Shown here in pieces: positions 1 through 11,429 of a stretch of 44,597 bases of DNA. The stretch comes from Octopus bimaculoides (taxonomy: Eukaryota). The stretch's first letter is position 1. Each line of letters opens with the position of its first letter. The stretch spans positions 36,757,912 to 36,802,508 of the forward strand of contig NC_068991.1 in the NCBI RefSeq assembly GCF_001194135.2, written 5' to 3'. The notes below the pieces were generated by a model. That model was not told the DNA's origin and made no database searches. It saw nothing but the letters and a program-made list of their open reading frames with translations. A program made the position numbers and the translations under genes.

Positions 1-175
1 TATATATATATATATATGAAGTGTCAAAAAGTTTCGTCACACTTCTACAACCCTGTCATTGATACAATGTCAATACATCGTATTAGCAAACAGGTGGTAG
101 GAGTGCAAAGCGTGGAAACTTTTTCACACTTTATAAAAGAGTGTACTATTGGGAGATATACAAAACGTGACTTTA

Positions 176-575
176 TGGTAAGAAGCTTGCTTCCCAACCA
201 CATGGTTCTGGGTTTAGCCCCACATTGTGGCACCTTGGGCAGTCAAAAGCTTTGTGAGTAGATCTAGTAGACGGAAACTGAAAGAAGCCCGTCTTCGTAA
301 TACATCGGTGTGTGTATGTGTGTGTGTATGTTGTTTGTGTGTGTGTGTGTGTGTCTTTGTTTGTGTTTGTCCCCCAATACCGGTTGAAAACCGGTGTTAG
401 TGTGTTGACTGCCCTGTAACTTAGTGGTTCGTCATAAGAAACAGATAGGATATATACAAAACTTTAAAAAATAAGCCCCAGGGTCGATTTGTTTGACTAA
501 AACCGTTTTAGGTGGTGCCCCACATGGCCACAGTCAAATCACCGAAACAAATAAAAGATAAAAAATAAAAGATAA
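176..575 (+). mobile_element. tRNA-derived SINE, family A (CORE-like), with internal (TG)n
   Basis: GGTAAGAAGCTTGCTTCCCAACCACATGGTTCTGGGTT head, GGCACCTTGGGCA core-like box, GACGGAAACTGAAAGAAGCCCGTC, internal TG tract, 3' ...GGCCACAGTCAAAT...GAAACAAATAAAAGAT tail. Same blocks recur in at least 7 other copies in this window. Confidence 0.85.
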
Positions 576-749
576 TGGTTTTTACGTGTTCTTAAATGGC
601 TTTGGACAGTTATCGAAAAATAATAGAATAAGATAATCAGAGTCAGTGCCACGGTATCTAACACCCTACATCAGTCCTACATCATGAATATCGTTACCCT
701 AGCCTAACAATGCGAGCCCTTTTCATCCAACGTCCTCCTTCTTCCATCT

Positions 750-1140
750 CTGCAATGAGAAGTTTCTTGTCCCAGGCCTACAATGTACGACCTCTATTTT
801 CTGCCATACATTCTGGCTTCTTTTCTCTCAGTTCTACGAAGTGCGTTCCCTTCTTCCACGGCTATAATGTCTGTCCTCGACTCGAAACTCTATAATATGC
901 CCTATTTTTCTTATCGTAACCTTGTGTGCCTCCTTCTTCCTGCCATATAATGTGCGACCCCTCATCGCCTCTTCCCTTCCCTACACTGTGCACCCCTTCT
1001 CTCAGCCCTGTAACGTCATTTCTTTCTCCCAGTTTTACAATTTGGTCCCTTTCTTTAACTTCTACAATATGCTTCCTCTTCTTCCAGCCCAACAAGGCGC
1101 TCCCAGTTCTACCAACCTTATAATGTATACCCTATTTTTA
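750..1140. repeat. degenerate 27-28 bp tandem minisatellite (~14 units)
   Basis: CTAYAATRT-like unit starts at 750, 778, 806, 834, 862, 890, 945, 981, 1008, 1035, 1062, 1090 and 1118, each followed by a pyrimidine-rich tract. Confidence 0.7.
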
Positions 1141-1574
1141 ACAATTTTTTACAACTACTTCAATTTAATCTTTACAACAGCCGAAAAAAATGCAGTCTAA
1201 AAAATGTGTAATTGACATATGAAGAAGAAAAGTTTTGTGTTGTTTTATGATTATACGAATTCCCGAGGAAAGTCTGTTGTTTGGCATAATTTGAAGTGTT
1301 TAACGTCATGTCATATGATAGGTCATGCTGTCATGTGGCCCTCTCGTTTTTCACTCTCTACTAAAGTTATATCTTTCATCCGCCTCTGTTCCGGCAAGGA
1401 CCTACCCAACTCTCATTATTCTGAGATTTCGTGTTTTCTGTTAGATTGGGAAATTATGTTCAGTTTCTTCAAAATTTGTGCTGTGCCTCTAGATTTTAAT
1501 GCACTAAAGTCACACCATATTTCATCCGCCATAATTACTGACTCTCTACAAAGTCTTTAAATATCTTTAACTGC

Positions 1575-1995
1575 CACATGCTGAGCTTTGTGGTCTTCCT
1601 GTCAGCACCCTCTATAGAACACCGTTCTGTAAGTCTTTTGCAGTTTTGTGGGTCATGAGGATTGCATATTCATGGTCATCCCATATCTAGTTATGTCTAC
1701 ACTGATCATCTGTCCATATTGTAACAGGAAGAGGAGCACTGTCTAAGGATCGCCATGTCATCAATGTCTCTGACCATGACATTTGTGTCCTTCATTAAAT
1801 ATCGTGAGACCAGCTTACTGGGTGGCGTGTGACGGACATTTTGCGCTCACACTTTAGTAACGTCTTGTGTTTTAAACATGATACCTATGCCACTATACAG
1901 CCTGCTGTCATTCCCAATAAAAGACATTTCATTCAAAATATCTGCCATAGCTTTTATCAGATCTTCCTTGAATGGAACGTAAAAATGCAGAGACC
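1575..1995 (-). pseudogene. possible decayed ORF1/gag-like region of a non-LTR retrotransposon (L1/Tx1-like)
   Basis: Minus-strand manual translation LHFYVPFKEDLIKAMADILNEMSFIGNDSRLYSGIGIMFKTQDVTKV*AQNV...KLVSRYLMKDTNVMVRDIDD, then after a frameshift VLLFLLQYGQMISVDI...VFYRGC*QEDHKAQH (degenerate CCHC-knuckle-like). Family assignment is pattern recall only. Confidence 0.35.
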
Positions 1996-2385
1996 TTAGC
2001 GAAGCGCAGATAAATGACCCTTCACTTGCATATCTCTATGATATATTATACTAAGTTAGCACCGGTCTTGTAAACGAAATGCTGCCGAGCTGCATTCCTC
2101 CCTTCAGCGACATGCTCCATATCGACAGCAGATGGGATGAGGCTTCAAAACACAATTACAAAAGATATCTTTTCACAGAATGTATTCTATTTGCCTCTTT
2201 GTTGATGCGTTGTTTATTATGATGTTTTCCATTGGAATATTATCATTCTTTTGTATTGTTTACTAGAATCTTTGAGGGGCTTATCTTAGGAAAGAACATT
2301 TTTGGGTCTTCGTAAAAGAACGACTCTATAAACCAAGTTAGGTTAGGGCTTGCATAATGTACACATATTTATATATACATGTGAA

Positions 2386-2680
2386 GGCACATAGCTTAGT
2401 GGTTAGGGTGTTGTACTCACGATTGCGAGATCGTGGGTCCAATTCCAAGACCGGGCGTTGCGTTATCTTCTTGAAAAAAGCATTTTATTTTATGTTGCTC
2501 TGCGATCAATTCATCTGACATATAGCACACGGTGCACCTGTACAGGTAATGACGATCTGATAGAAGGAATTAGCTTATGTGTACACAAACACTTGATCAC
2601 TATAAACAAATCATCTGGGTGGTTGTTCGGCAAGTAATTGCTGAACCCTCATACATCGTCTAACGACGAGTAAGTCCTTG
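2386..2680 (+). mobile_element. tRNA-derived SINE, family C
   Basis: A-box-like GCTTAGTGGTTAGGGTGTT, B-box-like GGTCCAATTCC, body CACTATAAACAAATCATCTG shared with the copy at 9421. Confidence 0.8.
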
Positions 2681-2904
2681 ATATAAATACATACGTACAT
2701 ATATGTGTGTGTGTGTGTGTATGTATATATATATATATANNNNNNNNNNNNNNNNNNNNNNNNNNNNNNNNNNNNNNNNNNNNNNNNNNNNNNNNNNNNN
2801 NNNNNNNNNNNNNNNNNNNNNNNNNNNNNNNNNNNNNNNAGAAAGGAACACAGAAAGAAACAAGGAGAGAAAATAAAGAATGTGTAGTATATAAATAAGA
2901 TAAA

Positions 2905-2969
2905 GACAGCTATCGCATGGGTTTCACGTCCATAAAGCGATTAGCTTTACGGCGTTTCTTCAGACTCTA
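2905..2969 (-). ncRNA. degenerate hammerhead-ribozyme-like motif
   Basis: Minus strand: CUGAAGA (2963-2957), long stem II ACGCCGUAAAGC/GCUUUAUGG(A)CGU, GAAA (2925-2922). Stems I and III imperfect. Confidence 0.4.
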
Positions 2970-3273
2970 ATGCCCGGTGGCCTATGACCTCAATTCATAC
3001 TGGAGGGAGAAAAGACCTCGTAGCTAGCTAGATAGATAGATATACGTTTATATTCATAAATGTAAGTGTATATATAAGTGTGTGTCTGTGTCTGTGTGTG
3101 AGTTGGTGTGTGTGTTTACATATATATATATACACCTACATGGATGTATGTGTGTATGGATATACGGTACTAAGAAACTTTGGGAAGAGCTGTACAACGG
3201 AACGTTTTTGGGGTAGAAAATACATCCACGCGCACACACACACACACACACGCGCACACACACACAAACATAC

Positions 3274-3305
<32 letters not shown>

Positions 3306-3324
3306 GCACACGCACACACACACA

Positions 3325-3364
<40 letters not shown>

Positions 3365-3384
3365 AAAACACACACACACGCACC

Positions 3385-3905
3385 TCATGCAAGTGTTTGG
3401 ATCCTTAACACCTTATGTTCTAAGGAGGCCAGGTGCATCTAGATCATGACCCCTACTTCTCAGCTGCTGCTCTCTGTGTTATTATCTCCATTCCAGTCTG
3501 CTGCTTCCTGGGAGATCAGCATTCCTCAGAACTAAGGTATTTTGGATGGCATTACCACCTCAAAACATCGGGTAGAAAATGCCTTTAGAAACCGACTTTC
3601 ATGATTTCTTGTCCAGATCCACTTGCCATTCTTCGTATCTGAATTTTCCGAGATAGTTCTCTCCGTGCTTTCCCCAGAAATTGGAAATTGTTTCATAACA
3701 TTGCAAGACGATTTGCCCACAAATCGCCTCGTTCATACCTCTAAAGCTTGGAATACAGCTCACATACCTCATTCTCTCAGTTCGGTGGTTAAATTTCTAT
3801 ATTTTTGTCTTTTAAATGCGGCCTTCCTTCATTTTGCTTATGTATGGCACAGTGATTTCAATCAGAAATCAGTTGAGTACAGTACAATATCCGGTTTCAG
3901 AAGTA
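3385..3905 (-). mobile_element. 3' end of RLE-type non-LTR retrotransposon (HERO-like), decayed
   Basis: Minus-strand frameshifted translation LKPDIVLYS...LIEITVPY...KRQKYRNLTTELRE...ALEV.TR.FVGKS...KWIWTR matches the PD-(D/E)xK nuclease pattern RPDIVLWS..ELTVPWE..VEVGCRGFV..WLWLRR. Confidence 0.75.
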
Positions 3906-4495
3906 CGTATATATACATACGTACTACAAATATACATACTTATANNNNNNNNNNNNNNNNNNNNNNNNNNNNNNNNNNNNNNNNNNNNNNNNNNNNNNNN
4001 NNNNNNNNNNNNNNNNNNNNNNNNNNNNNNNNNNNNNNNNNNNNNNNNNNNNNNNNNNNNNNNNNNNNNNNNNNNNNNNNNNNNNNNNNNNNNNNNNNNN
4101 NNNNNNNNNNNNNNNNNNNNNNNNNNNNNNNNNNNNNNNNNNNNNNNNNNNNNNNNNNNNNNNNNNNNNNNNNNNNNNNNNNNNNNNNNNNNNNNNNNNN
4201 NNNNNNNNNNNNNNNNNNNNNNNNNNNNNNNNNNNNNNNNNNNNNNNNNNNNNNNNNNNNNNNNNNNNNNNNNNNNNNNNNNNNNNNNNNNNNNNNNNNN
4301 NNNNNNNNNNNNNNNNNNNNNNNNNNNNNNNNNNNNNNNNNNNNNNNNNNNNNNNNNNNNNNNNNNNNNNNNNNNNNNNNNNNNNNNNNNNNNNNNNNNN
4401 NNNNNNNNNNNNNNNNNNNNNNNNNNNNNNNNNNNNNNNNNNNNNNNNNNNNNNNNNNNNNNNNNNNNNNNNNNNNNNNNNNNNNNNNNNNNNNN

Positions 4496-4533
<38 letters not shown>

Positions 4534-4538
4534 ACTCG

Positions 4539-4887
4539 CTTTTACTTGTTTCAGTTATTTGATGGTGGCCATGCTGGAGCAACGCCTTTAGTCGAGTAAA
4601 TCGACCTCAGGACTTATTCTTTATAAGCCTAGTACTTATTCTATCGGTCTCTTTTGCCGAACCGCTAGGTTACGGGGACGTAAGCACACCAGCATCGGTT
4701 GTCAAGCGATGTTAGGGGGGACAAACACAGACACATATATATATACATATATACGACGGGCTTCTTTCAGTTTCCGTCTACCAAATCCACACACAAGGCT
4801 TTCGTCGACCCGAGGCAATAGTAGAAGACACTTGCCCAAGATCCCACGTAGTGGGACTGAACCCGGCTACTTACCACACAGCCAAGG
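4539..4887 (-). mobile_element. SINE family A, near full length
   Basis: Reverse complement of the family A blocks (CGACGGGCTTCTTTCAGTTTCCGTCTACC, GACACTTGCCCAAG, GTGGGACTGAACCC). Confidence 0.9.
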
Positions 4888-4993
4888 TATGTATGTGTGT
4901 ATATATATATGTATAAATATATATACATACATATATACGCACACATATATCTGTATATATATATACATACATACATACATATAAATATGTATA

Positions 4994-5224
4994 TTTCTTT
5001 ATTGTCCACAAGGGGCTAAACATAGAGGGGACAGACAAGGACTGACAAAGGGATTAAGTCGATTACATCGACTCCAGTTCGTAACTGGTACTTTATTTAT
5101 CGACCCCGAAAGGATGAAAGGCAAAGTCGACCTCGGCGGAATTTGAACTCAAACCGGAACGGCAGACGAAATACCGCTAAGCATTTCGCCCGGCGTGCTA
5201 ACGTTTCTGCCAGCTCGCCGCCTT
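4994..5224 (-). mobile_element. tRNA-derived SINE, family B, full length
   Basis: Element strand AAGGCGGCGAGCTGGCAGAAACGTTAGCACGCCGGGCGAAATGCTTAGCGG...GAGTTCAAATTCCGCCGAGGTCGACTTTGCCTTTCATCCTTTCGGGGTCGATAAA. Repeated at 7390, 13667, 29363 and 40420. Confidence 0.9.
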
Positions 5225-5225
5225 T

Positions 5226-5281
<56 letters not shown>

Positions 5282-5448
5282 TATGGATATATATGTACGT
5301 ATATATCTATATTAATGTATTTTTCGCCTGTTTCAGTCATTAGTGTGCTGTCATGACGGGCCACTGCCTATACATCGCACACGAGTATGTGTATAGATAT
5401 CCCCCCACCCACCCACACACACATATATATGTATATATACATAATTTT

Positions 5449-5481
<33 letters not shown>

Positions 5482-5760
5482 CAGGGTATGATAAAATAGT
5501 GAAGACGGACAGCTGCGTGGACAAATGGTTTTCCATACGCTTGTTTTTTATTCAGCGTTTTGTGCTCTTCCAGTCGCAAATTTATTGCTAATCAATTTGA
5601 GGCTTGTTTATGCGGTTTTGCATCTGAGTGTATACTTGCAAAATACCAGTCAATCCAAATGTTAATCAGTAGACCCTTTGTAGGATCGAACTACATACTT
5701 AGTGCTTTCATGAGCTTGTTATCTACTCGAATACACTCACAGGCACTCGCACATACCCCC

Positions 5761-5810
<50 letters not shown>

Positions 5811-6072
5811 GTCCATGTACATATACATACACATACTTAAGTATATATATCATGTGTGTGCATATACATATATATATATTCATATATGTATGTATATATT
5901 CTTATATTTGTATATATGTCGATAAGCATAAACCATTATATGCATAGACACAAACTCTTACACACGCACACACATGCACACACACACGCACGCACACATA
6001 TACTAGTATGTACTGACTTGGTTACCATCTCTAAATGTTCATGGCCGTTTACTAATGTTACATAATTTATGA

Positions 6073-6075
6073 CTA

Positions 6076-6121
<46 letters not shown>

Positions 6122-6152
6122 GCTGCTGCTACTGCTGCTGCTGCTGCTGCTG
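6073..6152. repeat. compound (CTA)n(CTG)n microsatellite
   Basis: Directly visible. Confidence 0.95.
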
Positions 6153-6945
6153 AATATTGACTAACTATTGTTCATTATTGGACATAAAAATACACATATG
6201 TTTGTAAATATATACATATATATGTGTACATGGACATATACATAAACACACACATACATACTTACAGGAGAGAGCGAGAGAAAGAGAAAGAGAGAGAATA
6301 TGGAGGCTGAACGATGCTTATCCAATGTTCATGTTAAGATGTCTATATATAAAACTTAGAACTTAGATTTGTTTCGACCAAAGATTGGTCCAGGCCATGT
6401 CTAACTTAATAGCACCACGATGTTTATAAATAGTTATATGTATACATATAAATATATATNNNNNNNNNNNNNNNNNNNNNNNNNNNNNNNNNNNNNNNNN
6501 NNNNNNNNNNNNNNNNNNNNNNNNNNNNNNNNNNNNNNNNNNNNNNNNNNNNNNNNNNNNNNNNNNNNNNNNNNNNNNNNNNNNNNNNNNNNNNNNNNNN
6601 NNNNNNNNNNNNNNNNNNNNNNNNNNNNNNNNNNNNNNNNNNNNNNNNNNNNNNNNNNNNNNNNNNNNNNNNNNNNNNNNNNNNNNNNNNNNNNNNNNNN
6701 NNNNNNNNNNNNNNNNNNNNNNNNNNNNNNNNNNNNNNNNNNNNNNNNNNNNNNNNNNNNNNNNNNNNNNNNNNNNNNNNNNNNNNNNNNNNNNNNNNNN
6801 NNNNNNNNNNNNNNNNNNNNNNNNNNNNNNNNNNNNNNNNNNNNNNNNNNNNNNNNNNNNNNNNNNNNNNNNNNNNNNNNNNNNNNNNNNNNNNNNNNNN
6901 NNNNNNNNNNNNNNNNNNNNNNNNNNNNNNNNNNNNNNNNTATAT

Positions 6946-6981
<36 letters not shown>

Positions 6982-7389
6982 GTAAGTTAAGATATATATA
7001 TATATATATAGACATATATATATAGATATGTGTGTGTGTGAGTGTGTGTGTATGTGTGTGTGTGTGTGTATATGTATGTATGTATATAAATACATAGATA
7101 GACAAGATAGATAGATAGATGCATTTCAATTAAATAGTCTTTTTACCATACGTTCAGATATTTTTTCTGATTTTTCTCTTCTGCTACGACCATGTTCGCC
7201 TTATGATTCCAATGAAATTTGTTTGATGGGAAATTGTGCAGAAGCCCAAAATGTGTGTGTGAGTGTGTGTGTGTGTGTGTACGCAGCTCCATACACTCGC
7301 ATATCCATTCTATCTTTGTATCTGTCTATATATAATACGTATGTTTGCGCATGTGAATAGGTGTACAAGTAAATAAATACAATGGTTAA

Positions 7390-7563
7390 TAATCCTTTTT
7401 GCTAGGCTTGCAATTTTCAGTCTGAGGCTACTAAATTACATCGACCCCAGTGTTCAACTTATTGTTAAGGCAAAGTTGACCCCAACTTAATAAAATAAAG
7501 ACGGACGAAATACCGCTAAACATTTTGTCTGGCGTGCTAAAAATTCTGCCAGCTCGCCGACTT
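7390..7563 (-). mobile_element. SINE family B, decayed
   Basis: CATCGACCCCAGT, AAGGCAAAGTTGACC, GACGAAATACCGCTAA, CTGCCAGCTCGCCG. Confidence 0.8.
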
Positions 7564-7641
7564 ATACAATGTTAGAAATAATAAACAAAGTGAAGAAGTA
7601 AAGGCACACGTATGTATATTTACACCCAACATCCATAAAAC

Positions 7642-7700
<59 letters not shown>

Positions 7701-7755
7701 AAGCTCGAAATAGGGAGTAATTAAAAGTCGACAACTGAGGAAGGGTTAGACTTCT

Positions 7756-7913
7756 TTTGGTATTTTGTCCCGTACTTGTCTCCCATTATGTGTTTACGTA
7801 TTTTTCACTCGCTGGTGATGTCCTGTTCTTACTGTATATTTTGGGGTATTTTGTCCTGTACTTATCTCTCGTGTATTTACGTATAATTCACTCGCTGGTG
7901 ATGTCCTGTACTT
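7756..7913. repeat. ~85-bp tandem duplication (2 copies)
   Basis: GGTATTTTGTCCYGTACTT...TTTACGTA...TTCACTCGCTGGTGATGTCCTGT at ~7759-7830 and ~7845-7913. Confidence 0.85.
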
Positions 7914-7917
7914 GATG

Positions 7918-7969
<52 letters not shown>

Positions 7970-9420
7970 GTATGTATACGTATATATATATATANNNNNN
8001 NNNNNNNNNNNNNNNNNNNNNNNNNNNNNNNNNNNNNNNNNNNNNNNNNNNNNNNNNNNNNNNNNNNNNNNNNNNNNNNNNNNNNNNNNNNNNNNNNNNN
8101 NNNNNNNNNNNNNNNNNNNNNNNNNNNNNNNNNNNNNNNNNNNNNNNNNNNNNNNNNNNNNNNNNNNNNNNNNNNNNNNNNNNNNNNNNNNNNNNNNNNN
8201 NNNNNNNNNNNNNNNNNNNNNNNNNNNNNNNNNNNNNNNNNNNNNNNNTATATATATAATCACACACACATATACACGTGTATATATGCATATGTGTGTG
8301 TGTGTGTGAGCATATATATATATATGTATACGCATACGTACACATAGATACATTTATTCTTTTATATATGCATTTACATACGCACGCGCGCGCTACATAT
8401 GGTAAGATAAATGCCGGAATTAATGGAGCGGTTTAAATCTCTATGGCTACAGAAGTGAGGTACCACCCAGTCTTATGGTGAACCTCCTGAAGTCCTTATC
8501 ATTGCAATTTGCATGTTTAGGGTTCAAATGATATTGATAAATTCTGATTAACTCTGTGTAAGGGGAACTCACCGTTGACCGCGTACATTACAACGTACAC
8601 TGTGATCGCATCATGTCACATTGGACCCGGAAATGGATCTGATATTTAAATAATGTTTACATGTGGTAATGCAAATCTGTTTCACGCATTTGGTGTATAC
8701 ATGTGTATATATTTGTTCTGTTGAGTGTGAAAATAATGTTGTTATTGAGCTTGCTTAACCCCGAGTGCAGCCACGATTATACTGACGTTTAATAAAATCT
8801 TACCTCTAAACACTTTTGATGACAGTCGTGGTGTAATGTCAGTGATGTTCGACTGCTATTTCTAGTGGAGCGAGTGAGAGCATTAAGGTTCCTCGCTCGC
8901 TTCAGTATCGGTATTGTTATTAATTTGTACAATGTGTTCGATACAGAATTGCGTTAGGAGCCGAATCTATTATATTTGCATATAGAATCTCTCTCTCTTT
9001 CTCACTCTCTCTCACTCACTCTCTCTCTTTCTCTCTCTCTCACACACACACGCTTACACAGACAGACATACAGACAACTACATTAGGAGATAGATAGATC
9101 GATAGATAGATAGATCGATAGAAATACTTAGAAATACTTATACGAAAGACACTCAAAGGGAAAAAGAGACAGAGAGACAGAGAGAAGAAAGAGAGTGAGA
9201 GAGTGAGGGGGACAGAAATTAGGAGAAAGTTGATTTACACATACTGTGATCACTTTCGACCGAAACCATTTCGATAACATTAACCGACTCATAGATTTGG
9301 GATCTATTATTTTTGTTAAGAACAGCCATTTAATCTTACTGACCCTGATTATAAAATGTGACTTCCGTCATATCGGTGTGTGTGCACACGTGGGTAATCC
9401 CCCCCCCCACACACACACAA

Positions 9421-9648
9421 AGGGTGTGTAGCCTAGTGGTTAGGGTGTTACACTTACGATCGTGGCTTCGATTCCTGGGCCGGGCGGTGCGTTGTGCACT
9501 TGAGCAAAACACTTCATCATCTGAGGTAAGGTACACCGTACAAACAATGTCGATTTGATGGAGGTGAGTGGGCTTACGTGCAGCACAAACATCTGATCCC
9601 TATAAACAAATCATCTGCAAGAAATTAATTGCAGAACCGGCTTTCTTG
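9421..9648 (+). mobile_element. SINE family C, internally deleted
   Basis: GCCTAGTGGTTAGGGTGTT...TTCGATTCCTGGGCCGGGCGG...CTTGAGCAAAACACTTCAT...CTATAAACAAATCATCTG. Confidence 0.8.
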
Positions 9649-10759
9649 GATTCGAGAAACTACCATTATTTTTCACACACAAACACTCATACAGGTATAA
9701 ATACACATAATTTTGCTATATATATAGAGAGAGAGAGAGAGTCAAGACTATTGAAAAGGTTGAAAGACGCAACGAAAATTTTAGGAAAATAAAAATAAAA
9801 AATAAGTGGAAATTTTACCGGTGAGTGTGTTGAATTTTAAGGCACAATAATAAAATGACTCTCCCCAGACACAACAGNNNNNNNNNNNNNNNNNNNNNNN
9901 NNNNNNNNNNNNNNNNNNNNNNNNNNNNNNNNNNNNNNNNNNNNNNNNNNNNNNNNNNNNNNNNNNNNNNNNNNNNNNNNNNNNNNNNNNNNNNNNNNNN
10001 NNNNNNNNNNNNNNNNNNNATCTTTGTGTGTGCGCGTGTGTGTGTGTATACAGGTATGTCATATTTTCTGTTTGTTGTCTTTTTATTTCATCCCGAAGAT
10101 ATTATTTATGTAACGCACGCACTCATTAATTTCTTCTTACCTCGGGAGGCTTTTAAGCAAGCTCCTGTGGAGGGCTCTTCTTTGGGCCTTGGTCACAACA
10201 ATGACACTTCATGCATTGAGTACATATTAAATTTTATTAAACTTGACCAATATTTTTCAAGCAATGAACAATTTTCATCAAAACAATGATATAATTTGTC
10301 GACTTAGAACTTATTGCAAAGCTGCATGATAAACATTTTTTGTCTTCCCATTCAGGGGTCAGTACAATTTTTATTTCTGTCTAACCTTTTACTTTCTTTC
10401 TTTCTTTCTTTCTCTTTTTGTTGATTGTTTTCAACCATCACCATCACCAGTACCACCACCATCGCCACCACAACTGCCATACACACACCATTCAGACTTC
10501 TGACACTACCACCATCAATACCTTTGACTTTGCAGCCTCCCCCCCCCCCACCATCACCACTGTCTTTCACATCGCTTACTATCACCGTCATCCCTGACTG
10601 CCACAGCTACCATCATCACCACCACCATCATCCCAGTCGCCTCCGCCAGTATCACAACTACAGCTCATACTATTACTATCACCCCATTATCAACACAACC
10701 GTCAATCTACTACCGCCCTCACCGTCTCTTTGTCTACTATTACTCTCACTCCATCATGA

Positions 10760-11379
10760 GGAAAGGTAGAAGTGTCAGTGAATAGCGAGGGGGTGTCAAT
10801 GTGCGACACACTGGCACGCATAAATTCATTTACAATTTACATTTTCCAACCACTGAAACCTTTCCGATTCTTTTCAGTTAGTGTAGAACTGTTGTATGGG
10901 TAACGTTAAACTGTTCTGCAAGTTCTCTACAACTAGCGGTTGGATTTTCTGTGACAACAACTTTCAACTCTTCGGAATCAAGCTGTTTTGAACGACCTTC
11001 TTTTGGCTCGCCTTTTAAGCTCAAATCCTCACTTCTGAAGCGAGAAAACCATCTGCTACAACTTCTTTCACTCACTACATCATCCCCATAAACTCTTTGA
11101 AGTGACTTTGCAGCTATACTTGCATTAACACCTTTATGAAACTCATAGAGTAAGACAGGTCTAAAGTGATTTTTAGATGTGATGAACATGGGTGCGAATA
11201 TAGCAGCAGAGTATGGCCAATGCAATCAGAATCTGAACAAAAAAAGCATAAATTACTAATTTTGACATTCTTAAAACATTGCAAGACGTACAATTTCAAA
11301 AAATACTCTCTAAACACTTCCTACGCTATCTAAAACTGTTTTCTAAAAAATCGGCCATTACCTTTGCACCATCCTGATA
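10760..11379 (-). mobile_element. mariner (DD34D, Hsmar1/cecropia-like) 5' half: left TIR plus HTH DNA-binding domain, 3'-truncated
   Basis: TA|TCAGGATGGTGCAAAGGTAATGGCCGAT resembles the Hsmar1 TIR TA|TTAGGTTGGTGCAAAAGTAATTGCGG. ORF 10878-11225: HFRPVLLYEFHKGVNASIAAKSLQRVYGDDVVSERSCSRWFSRFRSEDLSLKGEPKEGRS...CRELAEQFNV, then decayed LKRIGKVSVVGK. Confidence 0.9.
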
Positions 11380-11429
11380 TACCCTGATATATACGTATGC
11401 ATATACCTATATATATATAAATCCTATTT

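Noticed and set aside
1450-1500. Minus-strand RGTAQILKKL resembling an RLE C-terminal LGTA.ILRK motif
   Set aside because: No upstream PD or IIGALG motifs in frame; too short to support.
2337-2348. TTAGGTTAGGG telomere-like motif
   Set aside because: Only two units; expected by chance.
2386-2460. SINE heads as functional tRNA genes (also 9421, 21740-21797)
   Set aside because: They have A/B boxes but no complete cloverleaf, and continue into SINE bodies.
7703-7760. GAAA...CTGAGGA as a permuted hammerhead
   Set aside because: Stems I-III cannot be formed convincingly.
10352-10769. Thr/His/Pro-rich ORFs
   Set aside because: Low-complexity (CAC/CAT/TAC)n sequence, open in several frames, with no splice or domain support.
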